Assembly: GCA_022824205.1 (NCBI GenBank)
Contig: JAJEAI010000005.1
Coordinates: 2,632-66,631 of the forward strand
DNA from: Candidatus Binatia bacterium
GTDB lineage: Bacteria; Desulfobacterota; Binatia; UBA9968; JAJDTQ01
DNA length: 64,000 bases
Direction of reading: 5' to 3'
Shown: positions 18,079 to 28,640 of the stretch, in pieces
How positions within the stretch are numbered: position 1 is the stretch's first letter
How the letters are laid out: each line of letters starts with the position of its first letter
Program-made: the position numbers and the translations under genes
Notes under the pieces: generated by a model
Seen by the model: only the letters and a program-made list of their open reading frames with translations
Database searches by the model: none
What the model was told of the DNA's origin: nothing

Positions 18079-18786
18079 CTACGCCGGGTCGCCCATCAGC
18101 TCGATGAACCGCCGCGCAAGGCGTGGACCCGTGGCCTCGTCCTCGTGCTTGAAGAACACGTAGGCCCGTGTCCACCCCTGCCCGCGCACCCGCTCCGCCC
18201 ACGCGCCGATGGCCTCGTCGGTGTATTCCACGGCCCGCAGTCGCAGATAGCCCCAACTCGCGGTGGACACGAACGGGACCTCTTCCTTCAGCTCGCCGTC
18301 GGCCATACACAGCGCTACGTCGCGCTCCCGCAGAGTCTCAAAGACCGTCTCATCGAACCAGGAGATGTGGCGGAATTCCATGGCTACCCGGCGCCCTTGG
18401 GGCAGCACCGCGAGGAAGGCCTGAAGGCGCGGCAGGTCCAGCCGCATGTTGGGCGGCAACTGGAACAGCACCGGGCCGAGCCTGGAGCCCAGTGTCTCCA
18501 GCCGCTGGAACAGGAACGCCACGGCGTCACCCGCCTCCTTGAGGCGCGCGTGGTGCGTGATGGCCCGCGACGCCTTGACCGAGAAGGAGAAGTCTCCCGG
18601 CACCTGCTCGCACCACCGCGCCAGCACCGGGTCCGCGGGCATGCGGTAGAACGTGTGGTTGATCTCCACCGTGTCGAAACGCTCGGCGTAGAACGGCAAC
18701 ATTTCCTTGTCCGGCAATCGCGCCGGATAGAACTTGCCCTTCCACGGCTTGTAGGCATAGCCGCTGGTGCCCACGAGGACGTTCAC
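18079..18786 (-). CDS. DUF72 domain protein
   Basis: The GTG start at 18786 overlaps the thrC stop (GTGA). Motifs: VGTSGYAYKPWKGKFYP...FYRMP...VLFQLPP. The rest of track ORF 18079..19878 is an out-of-frame overlap of thrC. Confidence 0.8.
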   Translation of the reverse strand: MNVLVGTSGYAYKPWKGKFYPARLPDKEMLPFYAERFDTVEINHTFYRMPADPVLARWCEQVPGDFSFSVKASRAITHHARLKEAGDAVAFLFQRLETLGSRLGPVLFQLPPNMRLDLPRLQAFLAVLPQGRRVAMEFRHISWFDETVFETLRERDVALCMADGELKEEVPFVSTASWGYLRLRAVEYTDEAIGAWAERVRGQGWTRAYVFFKHEDEATGPRLARRFIELMGDPA

Positions 18787-19955
18787 GAGGGCTCGCTCCA
18801 GAGGTGCGGATACTTGAGGCCGGATCCGGTGATCATCAGCACCACGCGCTCGTCGCGGCCCACGGAGCCGCTCCCCAGCAGCCGGCGCAGGGCCGCCAGA
18901 CAGGCGGCGCTCTCGGGCGCCACGAAGATGCCCTCGGTGGCGCCGATTTCGCGCACGTCCTCCAGGATTTCGGCGTCGGACACGCTCAACGCGCAACCGC
19001 CGCTCGCCCGCACGATGCGCAGGATCATGAAGTCGCCGATGGCCACGGGCACGCGCAGACCCGCGGCCACCGTGGCCGGCCGGGCCACCGCCTCGGCCGC
19101 GTCCGCGCCGGCCTCGAACGCCGCGACGATGGGCGCGCAGCCCTCGGCCTGGACCGAGATCATGCGCGGGCGTCGCGAGTCGATCCAGCCCAGCTCTTCC
19201 ATTTCGTCGAAGGCCTTCCACATGCCGATGAGGCCGGTGCCGCCGCCGGTAGGGTACAGCAGCACGTCCGGCAGCGTCCAGTCCATTTGCTCGGCCAGCT
19301 CGTAGCCCATGGTCTTCTTGCCCTCGACCCGGTAGGGCTCCTTCAGGGTCGACACATCGAACCAGCCCTCGCGTTCCTTCTTCTCCCCGATGATGCGCCC
19401 GCAGTCGTTGATGAAGCCGTCCACGAGGACCACGTCGGCACCGTACTGCCGGCATTCCACGATGCTCACCGGCGGCGCGTCCCGCGGCATGTAGATGTGC
19501 GCCTCCAGGCCCGCCTTCGCCGCGTACGCCGCCAGCGCCCCGGAGGCGTTCCCCGCCGACGGCACGGCCAAGCGCTCCGCCCCCAGCTCCCGCGCCATGG
19601 ACACCGCCGCGGTCATGCCGCGGGCCTTGAACGATCCGGTGGGGTTCATGGATTCGTCCTTGAGGTAAAGCCGGCTCATGTCCAGCCGCTCGCCGAGGCG
19701 ACGCGCATGGACCAAGGGCGTCCACCCCTCCCCGAGCGTGGTGACCGCGGCGTCGTCCGTGACCGGCAGCACCTCGCGGTAGCGCCACAGGCTGGCCACC
19801 CGCCCGCACAGGCTCTCGCGCGTCAGGGTATCGCCGGCCCGTTCCAGGTCGTAACGCACCAGCAGCGGACTGCCGCATTCCCGGCAGAGATTGTGCAGCT
19901 TCCCGCGTTCATGACGCGCGCCGCAGCGCGAACATTCGAGAAACGTCACGTACAT
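18783..19955 (-). CDS. thrC: threonine synthase
   Basis: N-terminal Cys4 ribbon CSRCGARH...CRECGSPL and the PLP-lysine motif SFKARGM. The ATG at 19955 is preferred over the TTG at 19967. Confidence 0.85.
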   Translation of the reverse strand: MYVTFLECSRCGARHERGKLHNLCRECGSPLLVRYDLERAGDTLTRESLCGRVASLWRYREVLPVTDDAAVTTLGEGWTPLVHARRLGERLDMSRLYLKDESMNPTGSFKARGMTAAVSMARELGAERLAVPSAGNASGALAAYAAKAGLEAHIYMPRDAPPVSIVECRQYGADVVLVDGFINDCGRIIGEKKEREGWFDVSTLKEPYRVEGKKTMGYELAEQMDWTLPDVLLYPTGGGTGLIGMWKAFDEMEELGWIDSRRPRMISVQAEGCAPIVAAFEAGADAAEAVARPATVAAGLRVPVAIGDFMILRIVRASGGCALSVSDAEILEDVREIGATEGIFVAPESAACLAALRRLLGSGSVGRDERVVLMITGSGLKYPHLWSEPS

Positions 19956-19989
19956 GCGGCACCCCAAGAGTGGTATCGGCGAATTTGCA

Positions 19990-20066
19990 ACGCGTTCGCC
20001 CTGTCCCGTGGTTCGACCGATTTGCCCGTTCGCCCTGAGCGTAGCGAAGCGAAGTCGAAGGGCGCT
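19990..20066. repeat. family 2 repeat, single diverged arm
   Basis: ccgttcgccctgagcgtagcgaagcgaagtcgaagggcg (20026-20064) is related to the arms at 37688-37848. A partial duplication, gcgttcgccctg, lies at about 19992. Confidence 0.6.
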
Positions 20067-20073
20067 GTTCGGT

Positions 20074-21177
20074 TCACATGCGCGGGCTCCACACCCGCCC
20101 CGGCACGTAGATCTGTCCCTGGAAGAGCTTGCGGGTGGTGCGCACCACCCCCGCCTTGGCCAGGGCGAAGTTGTCGCCGACGCCGCTCAGCTCGAACGCC
20201 ACGGTGATGGACCCGCTGGGGTGCTCGATCTCCACCAGCTCGGAGAAGCCGCCCCTGGTTTCCGCGATGCCGTCGGCGACGGTGCCGGGCACCAGGGCGC
20301 AACTCCCGACGCAGATGGCGCCGGACACCGCGTGGGCCGCGTGGCAGTCCGTGGGCACGAAGTAGCGCGAAGTCAGCGCGCCCCCGTGACGCGGCCGGGA
20401 GAGGATGCCGAACTTGGGGATGACCTTGCCGCGCACGTCGCCGAGCCCCATCTTCTCGCCGGCCGCGACCCGGACGGCCTCCAGCTTTTCCAGCAACGCC
20501 CGGTCGGCGTCCAGCTCGGCCTTGCTCTCGTCGCCGCCGATGCCCATGCTTTCGGCCGTGGTCAGCACCATGGGCATGGCCACGTCCACGCAGCTCACCT
20601 CCACTCCTTCGATGACCTCCTTGCGCCGTCCGGTGGGAAAGAGCGCTCCGGTCTTGGAGCCGATGACGTCCATGAAGTTCAGCAGGATGGGCGCCGCCGT
20701 GCCGGGGACCCCGTCGATGGAGGTGCCGCCGTCGTATTCGACATATCCCTCGGGGGTCTCCACCACCGCCTCGATGAGCGAGTCGGTGTTGACGTTGCGT
20801 ATGTTCACCACGGTCCGGGGATCGTCCGAGGGCACGAGCCCGTGCTCGATGGCGAACGGGCCGATACCCGCCAGCATGTTGCCGCAGGTGGGACTGTAGT
20901 CGACGAACGCCTTGTCCACCGACACCTGGGCGAAGAGGTAGTCCACGTCCGCCCAGGCGTGGTCCGACCGCGACACGATGGCCACCTTGCTGGTGAGCGT
21001 GGTGGCGCCGCCCACGCCGTCGATCTGGCGCGGGTCGGGGGAGCCCATGGCCGCCAGCAGCACCTGGTCGCGCGTGGCCTCGTCCGCCGGCAGGTCGCCG
21101 GCCAGGAAGTACGGCCCGCGCGACGTACCTCCGCGCATCATCGTACAGGGAATCGCGGTCTGTCTTGCCATGGTCAC
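20074..21177 (-). CDS. PrpF-family isomerase (2-methylaconitate isomerase / 4-oxalomesaconate tautomerase-like)
   Basis: IPCTMMRGGTSRGPYF N-terminal signature; 367 aa. Confidence 0.8.
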   Translation of the reverse strand: MTMARQTAIPCTMMRGGTSRGPYFLAGDLPADEATRDQVLLAAMGSPDPRQIDGVGGATTLTSKVAIVSRSDHAWADVDYLFAQVSVDKAFVDYSPTCGNMLAGIGPFAIEHGLVPSDDPRTVVNIRNVNTDSLIEAVVETPEGYVEYDGGTSIDGVPGTAAPILLNFMDVIGSKTGALFPTGRRKEVIEGVEVSCVDVAMPMVLTTAESMGIGGDESKAELDADRALLEKLEAVRVAAGEKMGLGDVRGKVIPKFGILSRPRHGGALTSRYFVPTDCHAAHAVSGAICVGSCALVPGTVADGIAETRGGFSELVEIEHPSGSITVAFELSGVGDNFALAKAGVVRTTRKLFQGQIYVPGRVWSPRM

Positions 21178-21542
21178 GCTATCCTTTCCCAGATGAGCGA
21201 CGCCCGGCTGCCCGGCCCCCCCATGACCGGGGGCGCCGCGGTCAGCACCAGGCGCTCCCCCTCGAAGGACACTTCCCGCCGCGTGGTGGTGCCGTCGAGC
21301 CGGGGATCGTGGCCGAACTCGATGTGGTGCAGCACCACGTCTTCCTGCAGCTCGAACTCCCCGAAGTAGCTGAAATACATACCGTCGGGACGGCGCGTGG
21401 CGGTGGCCATGTGGCCGTCGGCGGTGTACTCCATCCGGCCCACCACCGGGGCGTCCTCATTCGATCCCGAGTTGCCTTCGGCGTCGGTGAAGCGGAACTC
21501 GTGCAGACGCCACGTTCCGATCATGCGCTCTCGATACCCCAT
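21174..21542 (-). CDS. small lipocalin-like domain protein (hypothetical)
   Basis: The stop overlaps the PrpF start (ATGA). MIGTWRLHEF...GRMEYTADGHM...YFGEFEL resembles lipocalin-like beta-barrel proteins. The assignment is weak. Confidence 0.45.
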   Translation of the reverse strand: MGYRERMIGTWRLHEFRFTDAEGNSGSNEDAPVVGRMEYTADGHMATATRRPDGMYFSYFGEFELQEDVVLHHIEFGHDPRLDGTTTRREVSFEGERLVLTAAPPVMGGPGSRASLIWERIA

Positions 21543-21674
21543 GATCCCAGGATAGCGTTTCGCGCCGGTACTTCAACTCCAGGAAGACTCGATCCATCGT
21601 ACCGGCGGCAATTGAACCGGAGGCTCCACGCAAACAGGTTCCTGTCATGACGGTCCGACGGACGGGACAGGATA

Positions 21675-24600
21675 CTACGTTGCCTGCGTCACGGCCTCCG
21701 GCTCGCCGCCGGTCTCCACCGCCACCGTGCCGCCGTAGTCGTCCACGATGCAGTAAAGCGCGGGCACGAGAAACAACACCTGGAACGTGGATGCCCCAAG
21801 GCCGAAGGCGAGGCTGGTGACCAACGGGATCAGCACCTGCGCCTGGAGGCTCGTCTCCGTCAACAAGGGCAGCACCCCCGCCACCGTGGTCAGCGAAGTC
21901 AACAGCACGGCGCGGAAACGCTGCCGGGCCGCGCCGCGCGCGGCGGCCTCCGCGGACTCGCCGCGGGCGCGGCGGATCTTGATGAAGGTCACGAGCACGA
22001 TGGCGTTGTTGACCACGACACCGGCCAGGGAAACGAAGCCCACGAGGCTGGGCATGGACAGCTCGATGCCCATGGCGAGGTGGCCGATGACGACACCCAC
22101 GAGACCCACGGGAATGGACGCCATGATCACCAGGGGCTCGATGTAGCCGCGGAACTGGAAGCTCAGAAGAAGGAAAATGGCGGCCAGCCCCACCAGGAAG
22201 TTCCGCCCGAGCGACGCTCCGGTCTCCGCCGATTCCCTCGCCTGCCCTTCAAGTTCCGTGCGGATGCCGGGATAACGCGCCAGCAGATCGGGCAGGAAAC
22301 GGGCCTGGGTGTCGGCGATGATCTCCGCGGCATTGGCCTTCTCCGAGTCGATGTCGCCCTGGATGGTGACCGCGCGCCAGCCGTCCACGCGGTGAATGCG
22401 GCTGTAGCCGCGCTCGGAGATCAGCGTGGCCACCGTATGCAACGGCACCTGCTCGCCGGCGGGCAGCGTGACGGTGAAGCCGGCGAGGTCGGCGAGGCTG
22501 TCCCGGTCCCGCTCGATCAGTCGGACGTCGATCTCGTAGTCCTCCGTCCCCACCTGGAACTCGCCGGCGCGCCGCCCCTGGAACGCCGCCCGAAGCTGGC
22601 GCGCCACCTCGGACGCGGTCACCCCCAACGCCAGCGCGCCTTCGCGCAGGCGCACGCGCAACTCCGGCTTGCCCAGACGCAGATCGTCCGTCAGGTCGAA
22701 GACGCCGCGGTACCCGCGAAGCCATTCCCGCAGCTCGGTGGCGGCCGCCTTCAAGGACGCCACGTCCTCCCCCACCAGGCGGATGTCGATGGGGTTTCCC
22801 CCGGGGCCTCTTTGCGGTTCGCCAAAGGTCAGCGCGATGACGTCCGGCGGCATGCCCACCTCGGTGCGCCACCGGCTCATGATCTCGTCCAGCGACGCGT
22901 AGCGGAAGTCGGGTCCCACCAAGTCCACGGTGACGGTGGCCAGGTGCTCACCCGATTCGCCGGCCTCCCGGTTGCGGCTGAACTGCACGCCGACGTTCCG
23001 CACCATGTTCGCGCCGTCCGGCCGCCCGGCCGCGTAGTGTTCGTCCACGACGCGGATTGCCTCCACCACTTGCTCCACCACGGCCTCGGTCCGGGCCAGC
23101 GGGCTCCCCTGGGACAGCAGCAGGCGCGCCTCGATGACGTTGCCCTCGATGTCGGGAAAGAGCCTGAACTTCAGCGCGCCGCCGGCAATGACGGACACGG
23201 ACACGAGGAACAGACCGGCGACCACGCCCACCGTGAGATAGCGCCAGGACACCGCCACGTCCACCAACCGCCCGACGAAGCCTTCCGTGAAGCGCGCCAG
23301 GCCGGCGTCGAACAGCACACGTATCCTGGGAGGCGATGCGTCGCGGGTGGCGCGCAACGCTCCTCGCAGGTGATGCGGCAGGATCAGGAACGCCTCCACC
23401 AGGCTGAAGGACAACGTAAGGATCAACACCACCGGCAATACCCCCAGGATGGCGCCGATGGTGCCGCGCAGGAACGCCAGGGCACCGAACACCCCGATGG
23501 TGGTGAGGAACGACGCCAGGACGCCCGGAGCCACCTCCCGGGTGCCTTCCACCGCGGCCTCCATCACGGAGTCTCCGGCCGCGCGGTGGCGCGCGATGTT
23601 CTCCGCGATCACGATGGCGTCGTCCATGATCAGCCCGACCGCGATGAGCAGGGCCACCATGGTGACCATGTCGAAGGAGTAGCCGATGGCCGCCATGCCG
23701 GCGATGGTGCCCATGAACGCCACCGGGAGACCCGCCGCCACCCAGAAGGAGTAGCGCAGCCCGAAGAACAGCCACATGACCAGGAATACCAGCACGAGGC
23801 CCTGGGCGCCGTTCCGCAACAGCATGGTGAGACGGTCGCGCACGATGGACGCCACGTCGCGGGTGATCTCGAACACCATGCCCGGCGGCGCCACGGCCCG
23901 CTGCTGATCGAGATAGGCCCTCACGGCATCGATGATCTCCAGGGTGTCGGCGGCGCGTCCCTTTTCCACCATGAGATAGGCGGCACGCCGGCCGTTGAAG
24001 CGGTTCTTGTCCTCGGCGCGCTCGAATCGGTCGGTGATGGCGGCGATGTCTCCCAGCCGGATCACGGCGCCGCTGTCGGAGGCCACCACCACCAGGTCTT
24101 CGAAGGTGCGCGGCGCGCGCCTTTCGTCATCGAAGCGGATCAGCACCGTCGAGTCCCGGGCCTGTACCGAACCCGCCGGGAGCGTCACGCTCTGGCGTTC
24201 CACGGCGTCGGCCAGGTCGCGCACGCTGAGACCGAACTGGCGCATGGTGGACGCGGGAACCTCGATGCGGATCTGACGCTGGGAAAAGCCCTGGAGCTGC
24301 ACCTGCGCCACGCCCGGTATGGCCAACAGGTCGTCCTTCATGCGCTCGGCGTAGGCCTTGAGTCCCTCCGGTTGCAGCGGGCCGGCCACGGCGATGGACG
24401 CCACCAGGTCCACGCGGCCGAGTTGCCGCACCACCGGCGCCTCGGCGTCCGCGGGAAAGTCCTGAATGCCGTCCACCTCGCTCTTGACGTCTTCCAGAAA
24501 GCGTTCGAGATCGGCGCCCTCGCGCATTACCAGCGTGGCCACCGCCACCCCTTCCCGCGCCTGGCAACGGGTCTCCTCGCGCTCGTCCACGCTGTCCGCG

Positions 24601-24803
24601 GCCGTTTCCAGCTTGAGACAGATGCCCTGCTCCACGTCCGCCGCCGAGGCGCCAGGCCACGGTACCCGCACCTCCACGGAATCGGACGGGATGTCGGGAA
24701 ACGTCTCGCGCTTCACGGTTCCCGCGAAGACGAGACCCAACAGGATGAACCCGATCATCAGGAGGTTTGCCGCCGTGGGGTGGCCGGCGAAGAAACGGAT
24801 CAT
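21675..24803 (-). CDS. RND efflux transporter permease subunit
   Basis: 1042 aa. MIRFFAGHPTAANLLMIGFILLG N-terminus and a duplicated 6-TM plus large-loop architecture. Confidence 0.9.
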   Translation of the reverse strand: MIRFFAGHPTAANLLMIGFILLGLVFAGTVKRETFPDIPSDSVEVRVPWPGASAADVEQGICLKLETAADSVDEREETRCQAREGVAVATLVMREGADLERFLEDVKSEVDGIQDFPADAEAPVVRQLGRVDLVASIAVAGPLQPEGLKAYAERMKDDLLAIPGVAQVQLQGFSQRQIRIEVPASTMRQFGLSVRDLADAVERQSVTLPAGSVQARDSTVLIRFDDERRAPRTFEDLVVVASDSGAVIRLGDIAAITDRFERAEDKNRFNGRRAAYLMVEKGRAADTLEIIDAVRAYLDQQRAVAPPGMVFEITRDVASIVRDRLTMLLRNGAQGLVLVFLVMWLFFGLRYSFWVAAGLPVAFMGTIAGMAAIGYSFDMVTMVALLIAVGLIMDDAIVIAENIARHRAAGDSVMEAAVEGTREVAPGVLASFLTTIGVFGALAFLRGTIGAILGVLPVVLILTLSFSLVEAFLILPHHLRGALRATRDASPPRIRVLFDAGLARFTEGFVGRLVDVAVSWRYLTVGVVAGLFLVSVSVIAGGALKFRLFPDIEGNVIEARLLLSQGSPLARTEAVVEQVVEAIRVVDEHYAAGRPDGANMVRNVGVQFSRNREAGESGEHLATVTVDLVGPDFRYASLDEIMSRWRTEVGMPPDVIALTFGEPQRGPGGNPIDIRLVGEDVASLKAAATELREWLRGYRGVFDLTDDLRLGKPELRVRLREGALALGVTASEVARQLRAAFQGRRAGEFQVGTEDYEIDVRLIERDRDSLADLAGFTVTLPAGEQVPLHTVATLISERGYSRIHRVDGWRAVTIQGDIDSEKANAAEIIADTQARFLPDLLARYPGIRTELEGQARESAETGASLGRNFLVGLAAIFLLLSFQFRGYIEPLVIMASIPVGLVGVVIGHLAMGIELSMPSLVGFVSLAGVVVNNAIVLVTFIKIRRARGESAEAAARGAARQRFRAVLLTSLTTVAGVLPLLTETSLQAQVLIPLVTSLAFGLGASTFQVLFLVPALYCIVDDYGGTVAVETGGEPEAVTQAT

Positions 24804-24810
24804 GGGAGTG

Positions 24811-26166
24811 TTACCGGACGGGAGCCAGGCCCGTGGCCTCGGCCACCAGGCCGGCCGCCACCGCCTGGTCCGTTTGCGGTCTGAGCAGCATGCCCTCGGC
24901 GGCGAACGGCAGGTCGGAGACCACGACGGCCTCGCCGGGTTCGAGTCCCGATCGCAGCACCACGAAATCGGCCTGGGTGAAGCTCACCTCCACCGCGCGG
25001 AACTCCAGCCGGCTCTCCGGCCCTGCCACGTACACTTGGCCGCCACGCAGGGCCGTGCGCGGGATCACCACCGCGCCGGGTCGAGGCTGCCCGCGAAGCT
25101 CCACCTCGACGTACATGTTCTTGACCAGCGGCGGGCTGCGGCCATCCCGGGCCTGCCGGTAGGGCTGGTCCACCGCGACGATGACCCCCACCGTCCGGGT
25201 GCGCGGGTCCACGGTGTCGCTCATCCGCGAGAAGCGCGCCGGCCACTCGATGGCGACGTCGCCCGAGTGCAGGCGCACGATGGCCTGCAGCTCCTCGCGC
25301 AGCCGAGGTATGACCGCGCCCAATTCCAGTGTCGGCCCGGCGCGCGACTGCAACAGCGCCATTACCCGGCTCATGGGCACCTGGGCGATGACCTCGGCCA
25401 CGTCGACGCTGTCGGCCTCCACCAGCACCTGACCCTTGGCGGCGAACTGGGCCAGCTCGACGTTTACCGCGGCGATGCGGCAGGTGAACGGCGCCACCAC
25501 GGTGGTGCGGTCCAGGTTGCGCTTGGCCGTCTCCAACTGGGACTTGAGCCGGTCGCGTTGCGCCCGCTGCGCCGCGCGTTCCGCGGGGAGCAGCCTGACC
25601 GAGTTGCGGAGGTTCTGCACCGCCTGCTCGCCGGCCAGCACCGAACGCTCCTCGCGGTCCGCGTCGGACCGGGACACGGCCCCGCGGCGCAGCAGCTCCC
25701 GTGTGCGCTCGAACTGCTTGCGGGTCAACGCCAGGTTCCGTTCCTCGATGGCCAGGGACCGTTTCGTATTCACCTCGCGTACGTCCAGCAAGGCAAGCTG
25801 GGAGTCGGCGGCGCGGATGTTGGCTTCGATCTCGGCTACCGCGTGGCGGTAGTCGGTGGGGTCGATGCGCAGAAGCTCGGTGCCGGCGACGAGAATCGCC
25901 CCCCGCTGGAGCTCCGGATGCCGGTAGACCACGGTGCCGCTGACCTCCGCCACGGCTTCCCACACCTTGCCCGGCTTGACGCTGCCGTGCCCCACCGCGC
26001 GCGGCACCACCCGCAACGACTTCGCCTCCACGACGCGAACGGCGGTGGTCCGTTCCTCCAGCTCCATGCGCGTAGGCGCCTCACGCGAACGGACCGCGTA
26101 CACCACCGCCAGCGCGCCGAGTCCGACGGGTATCCAGAAGAGCAGCTTTTTGAGAAATCGAAACAC
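24811..26166 (-). CDS. RND efflux periplasmic adaptor (MFP/HlyD family)
   Basis: N-terminal TM segment, a coiled-coil hairpin region and beta-barrel C-terminus. It lies 8 nt upstream of the RND permease. Confidence 0.8.
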   Translation of the reverse strand: MFRFLKKLLFWIPVGLGALAVVYAVRSREAPTRMELEERTTAVRVVEAKSLRVVPRAVGHGSVKPGKVWEAVAEVSGTVVYRHPELQRGAILVAGTELLRIDPTDYRHAVAEIEANIRAADSQLALLDVREVNTKRSLAIEERNLALTRKQFERTRELLRRGAVSRSDADREERSVLAGEQAVQNLRNSVRLLPAERAAQRAQRDRLKSQLETAKRNLDRTTVVAPFTCRIAAVNVELAQFAAKGQVLVEADSVDVAEVIAQVPMSRVMALLQSRAGPTLELGAVIPRLREELQAIVRLHSGDVAIEWPARFSRMSDTVDPRTRTVGVIVAVDQPYRQARDGRSPPLVKNMYVEVELRGQPRPGAVVIPRTALRGGQVYVAGPESRLEFRAVEVSFTQADFVVLRSGLEPGEAVVVSDLPFAAEGMLLRPQTDQAVAAGLVAEATGLAPVR

Positions 26167-26304
26167 TTGGAATCACGAGCCTCGCCACGGGAAGGGACGG
26201 CCGCAACGAACTCGCAAGGGGCGACCCCCTGCCTGCCTCGTCAAGTATAGCTAGCCTCAATGTTGCAAAAAAGGTTTGTGAAGAGCAATCCGAGGCACGC
26301 CCTA

Positions 26305-26415
26305 CGAATCGTCATTCCCGCGAAACAGGCTGTGTCAAAACACGATTCAAGAGAGGCGACACCCCCCTGAATCGTCATTCCCGCGAAAGCGGGAATCCAG
26401 GGGCGGTGGTGGGGC
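26305..26415. repeat. family 1 composite REP-like element
   Basis: cgtcattcccgcgaaacaggctgtgtcaaaacacgattcaagagaggcgacacccccctgaatcgtcattcccgcgaaagcgggaatccagggg. Confidence 0.85.
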
Positions 26416-26477
26416 GCCAAACCCCAACCCGCTTGCCTCCCGGCCTCTCCATGCTTCCAGTTTCTGCTACATCGAGG

Positions 26478-28466
26478 CTAGATCGGACCCAGCGGCCAAG
26501 GAAGATCGGGAACGGCGTGCTGCAGCAGCCCCTCGGGAAGATCCAGGGTCATGAGCCACGACAGGAACATCAGCACCAAGTCCGCCATGACCGTCAACAC
26601 CACCGTCCGGCTCCAGCTCTCCTTCGCTTCCCGCCGCAGGAACGCCAGGAAGAACAGGTTCAGGGAGATGAAGAACCCGCCCAGGGCGGTCATCCCCAGG
26701 AGCGCCAGCAGCCAGTTCAGGTAGTACCAGATTCCCCTTTCGGGGGTTTCGTGCCCCTCGATGCCCGGGCGTTCCGCGTCCTCGTTGTACGAGGTGGGCT
26801 CGCCGGCGCTGCGCCAGATGCCCCAGAAGACGAACAACCCGGCCACCAGCATGACTGAGGCGGCGCTGGCCGGGAACACCGCCGCCAGCAGGGTGTGGCG
26901 CAAGGAGTCGGCCAGTGCGATGACGAAAACGCCCACGGCGAAGCCGGCGAACAGCAGTTGCGGCGCCAAGTCTCTCGCGTGCCGGCGCGGCGCTTCGGCG
27001 GCCGGCTCGCCCGTGGGCCGGTTACGGGCGCCGAGCCAGATGGAGACGACGATGATGGCGGCGATGATCAGCACTCCCGGACGGGTGGCCATGCCCCACT
27101 CGTGGAACTGGATGGCCTGGTAGAGGTAGGTCTCGATCTGGTCGGCGAGCACGAAGCCGATGAGCATGGCCGGGCGCGACCAGCCGAAGCGCTTCATGCC
27201 CACGCCCAGGAGGCCGATGGCCACCAGCGCGACGAAGTCCATGATGTCGCGGCTCGCCTGGAACGCCGCGAAGGAGATCACCATAAGCATGAAGGGCGCC
27301 AGCAGGTGATAGCGGATGGTCGTAAGACGGGCGATGGCCGGAGACAGGAACAGGCACAGGCCCGCGCCCACCACATTGGCCAGGGCGAGGCTCCAGACGA
27401 TGGTGTAGGTGACGTGCAGCTCGGCGGTCAGCATCCGCGGGCTCGGCTCCAGTCCAATCAGCACGAGGCCGCCGATGAACACCGCCATGCTGCCACTGCC
27501 GGGGATGCCGAAGAGCAGCGTCGGTATCAGCCCGCCACCTTCCTTGGCGTTGTTGGCGGACTCCGGCGCCAGCACGCCGCGGATGTCGCCGCTGCCGAAT
27601 TGCGACTTGTCCTGCGCGGTCTGCACCACGTGGCCGTAGGCGATCCAGTCCACCACCGAGCCGCCCAGTCCGGGAATGGCGCCGATGAGGGTGCCGATGC
27701 CGGCGCAGCGAAGGCACAGCCAGCGGTTGCGGAGCATGTCCCGCAAGCCGTCGAGCCAGCCCTTGCCCAGCGCGTGGGCGCGGGAAATGGCGCCGGCGCC
27801 GCGCAGGAGGTCCACCACCTCGGGCAGCGCGAAGATGCCGAGGCCCACCACCACCAGCGGAATGCCGTCGGCCAGGTAGTCCACCCCGAACACCAGCCGC
27901 TCCTCGCCCGTGGCCGGCGCGCCGCCGATGGCGCCGACGACCAGCCCGAGACCGCAGGAGGCCACGCCTTTCCAGATGGAGTTGCCCGACAGCACCCCCA
28001 CCATGGAGATGCCCAGCACCGCGAGCATGAACAGCTCCGCGGTGGTGAAGAACAGGATCACCGGTCGGGCGATGAGGACGAAGAAGGTCAGAATGACGGC
28101 GCCGAAGAGACCGCCGAAGAGCGACGCCGAGAACGCGGCCCCGAGGGCGCGCGCCGCCTCCCCTTTCCGAGCCAGCGGGAACCCGTCCAGCACCGTGGCC
28201 TGCGACGCGCTGGAGCCCGGGATGCCCATGAGCACCGAGGTGAAGGTGTCCGAGGTGGGGATGACGGCCACCAGCCCCACCAGCATGGCCAGCGCCGACA
28301 CCGGATCCATGCCGTGGAGGAACGGGATCAGCAGCGACAGGCCGACGATGCCGCCGAGCCCCGGGAAGATCCCCACCACCAGGCCCAGCAGCACGCCCAC
28401 CACCAGGAAGCCCATGTGCTGGGCGTGCAGCAGCGTCGAAAAGGCTTCCAGGAGCGCGTCGAGCAT
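26478..28466 (-). CDS. tctA: tripartite tricarboxylate transporter large permease TctA with C-terminal TctB-like 4-TM extension
   Basis: TctA-type N-terminus MLDALLEAFSTLL...GIFPGLGG...GIPGSSASQATVLDG. 662 aa, with about 160 extra C-terminal residues forming four hydrophobic helices. Confidence 0.8.
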   Translation of the reverse strand: MLDALLEAFSTLLHAQHMGFLVVGVLLGLVVGIFPGLGGIVGLSLLIPFLHGMDPVSALAMLVGLVAVIPTSDTFTSVLMGIPGSSASQATVLDGFPLARKGEAARALGAAFSASLFGGLFGAVILTFFVLIARPVILFFTTAELFMLAVLGISMVGVLSGNSIWKGVASCGLGLVVGAIGGAPATGEERLVFGVDYLADGIPLVVVGLGIFALPEVVDLLRGAGAISRAHALGKGWLDGLRDMLRNRWLCLRCAGIGTLIGAIPGLGGSVVDWIAYGHVVQTAQDKSQFGSGDIRGVLAPESANNAKEGGGLIPTLLFGIPGSGSMAVFIGGLVLIGLEPSPRMLTAELHVTYTIVWSLALANVVGAGLCLFLSPAIARLTTIRYHLLAPFMLMVISFAAFQASRDIMDFVALVAIGLLGVGMKRFGWSRPAMLIGFVLADQIETYLYQAIQFHEWGMATRPGVLIIAAIIVVSIWLGARNRPTGEPAAEAPRRHARDLAPQLLFAGFAVGVFVIALADSLRHTLLAAVFPASAASVMLVAGLFVFWGIWRSAGEPTSYNEDAERPGIEGHETPERGIWYYLNWLLALLGMTALGGFFISLNLFFLAFLRREAKESWSRTVVLTVMADLVLMFLSWLMTLDLPEGLLQHAVPDLPWPLGPI

Positions 28467-28538
28467 TTCGGCCCTCCTATGCCCGGCTCACCGCCCGGAC
28501 TCCGTCCGGAACGGGGACATGCCGCCCTCGGGGTCCGG

Positions 28539-28569
28539 AAAAAGGGCGGCCGTGCAAGACCGGCCGCCC
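28539..28569 (-). terminator. rho-independent terminator/attenuator between tctC and tctA
   Basis: On the minus strand: GGGCGGCCG-gtcttgca-CGGCCGCCC followed by TTTTT. It lies 72 nt downstream of the tctC-like stop. Confidence 0.55.
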
Positions 28570-28640
28570 TCGCATTCAGGGTCTGAAACCCATCCGAGCG
28601 CGGTCGCGCCCGACAGGACGGGGACACGCGGGACGAGTCA

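Noticed and set aside
18079-19878. 599-aa ORF treated as a single gene.
   Set aside because: Only the C-terminal 235 aa (DUF72) look genuine. The remainder overlaps thrC out of frame and is Arg/Gly-rich.
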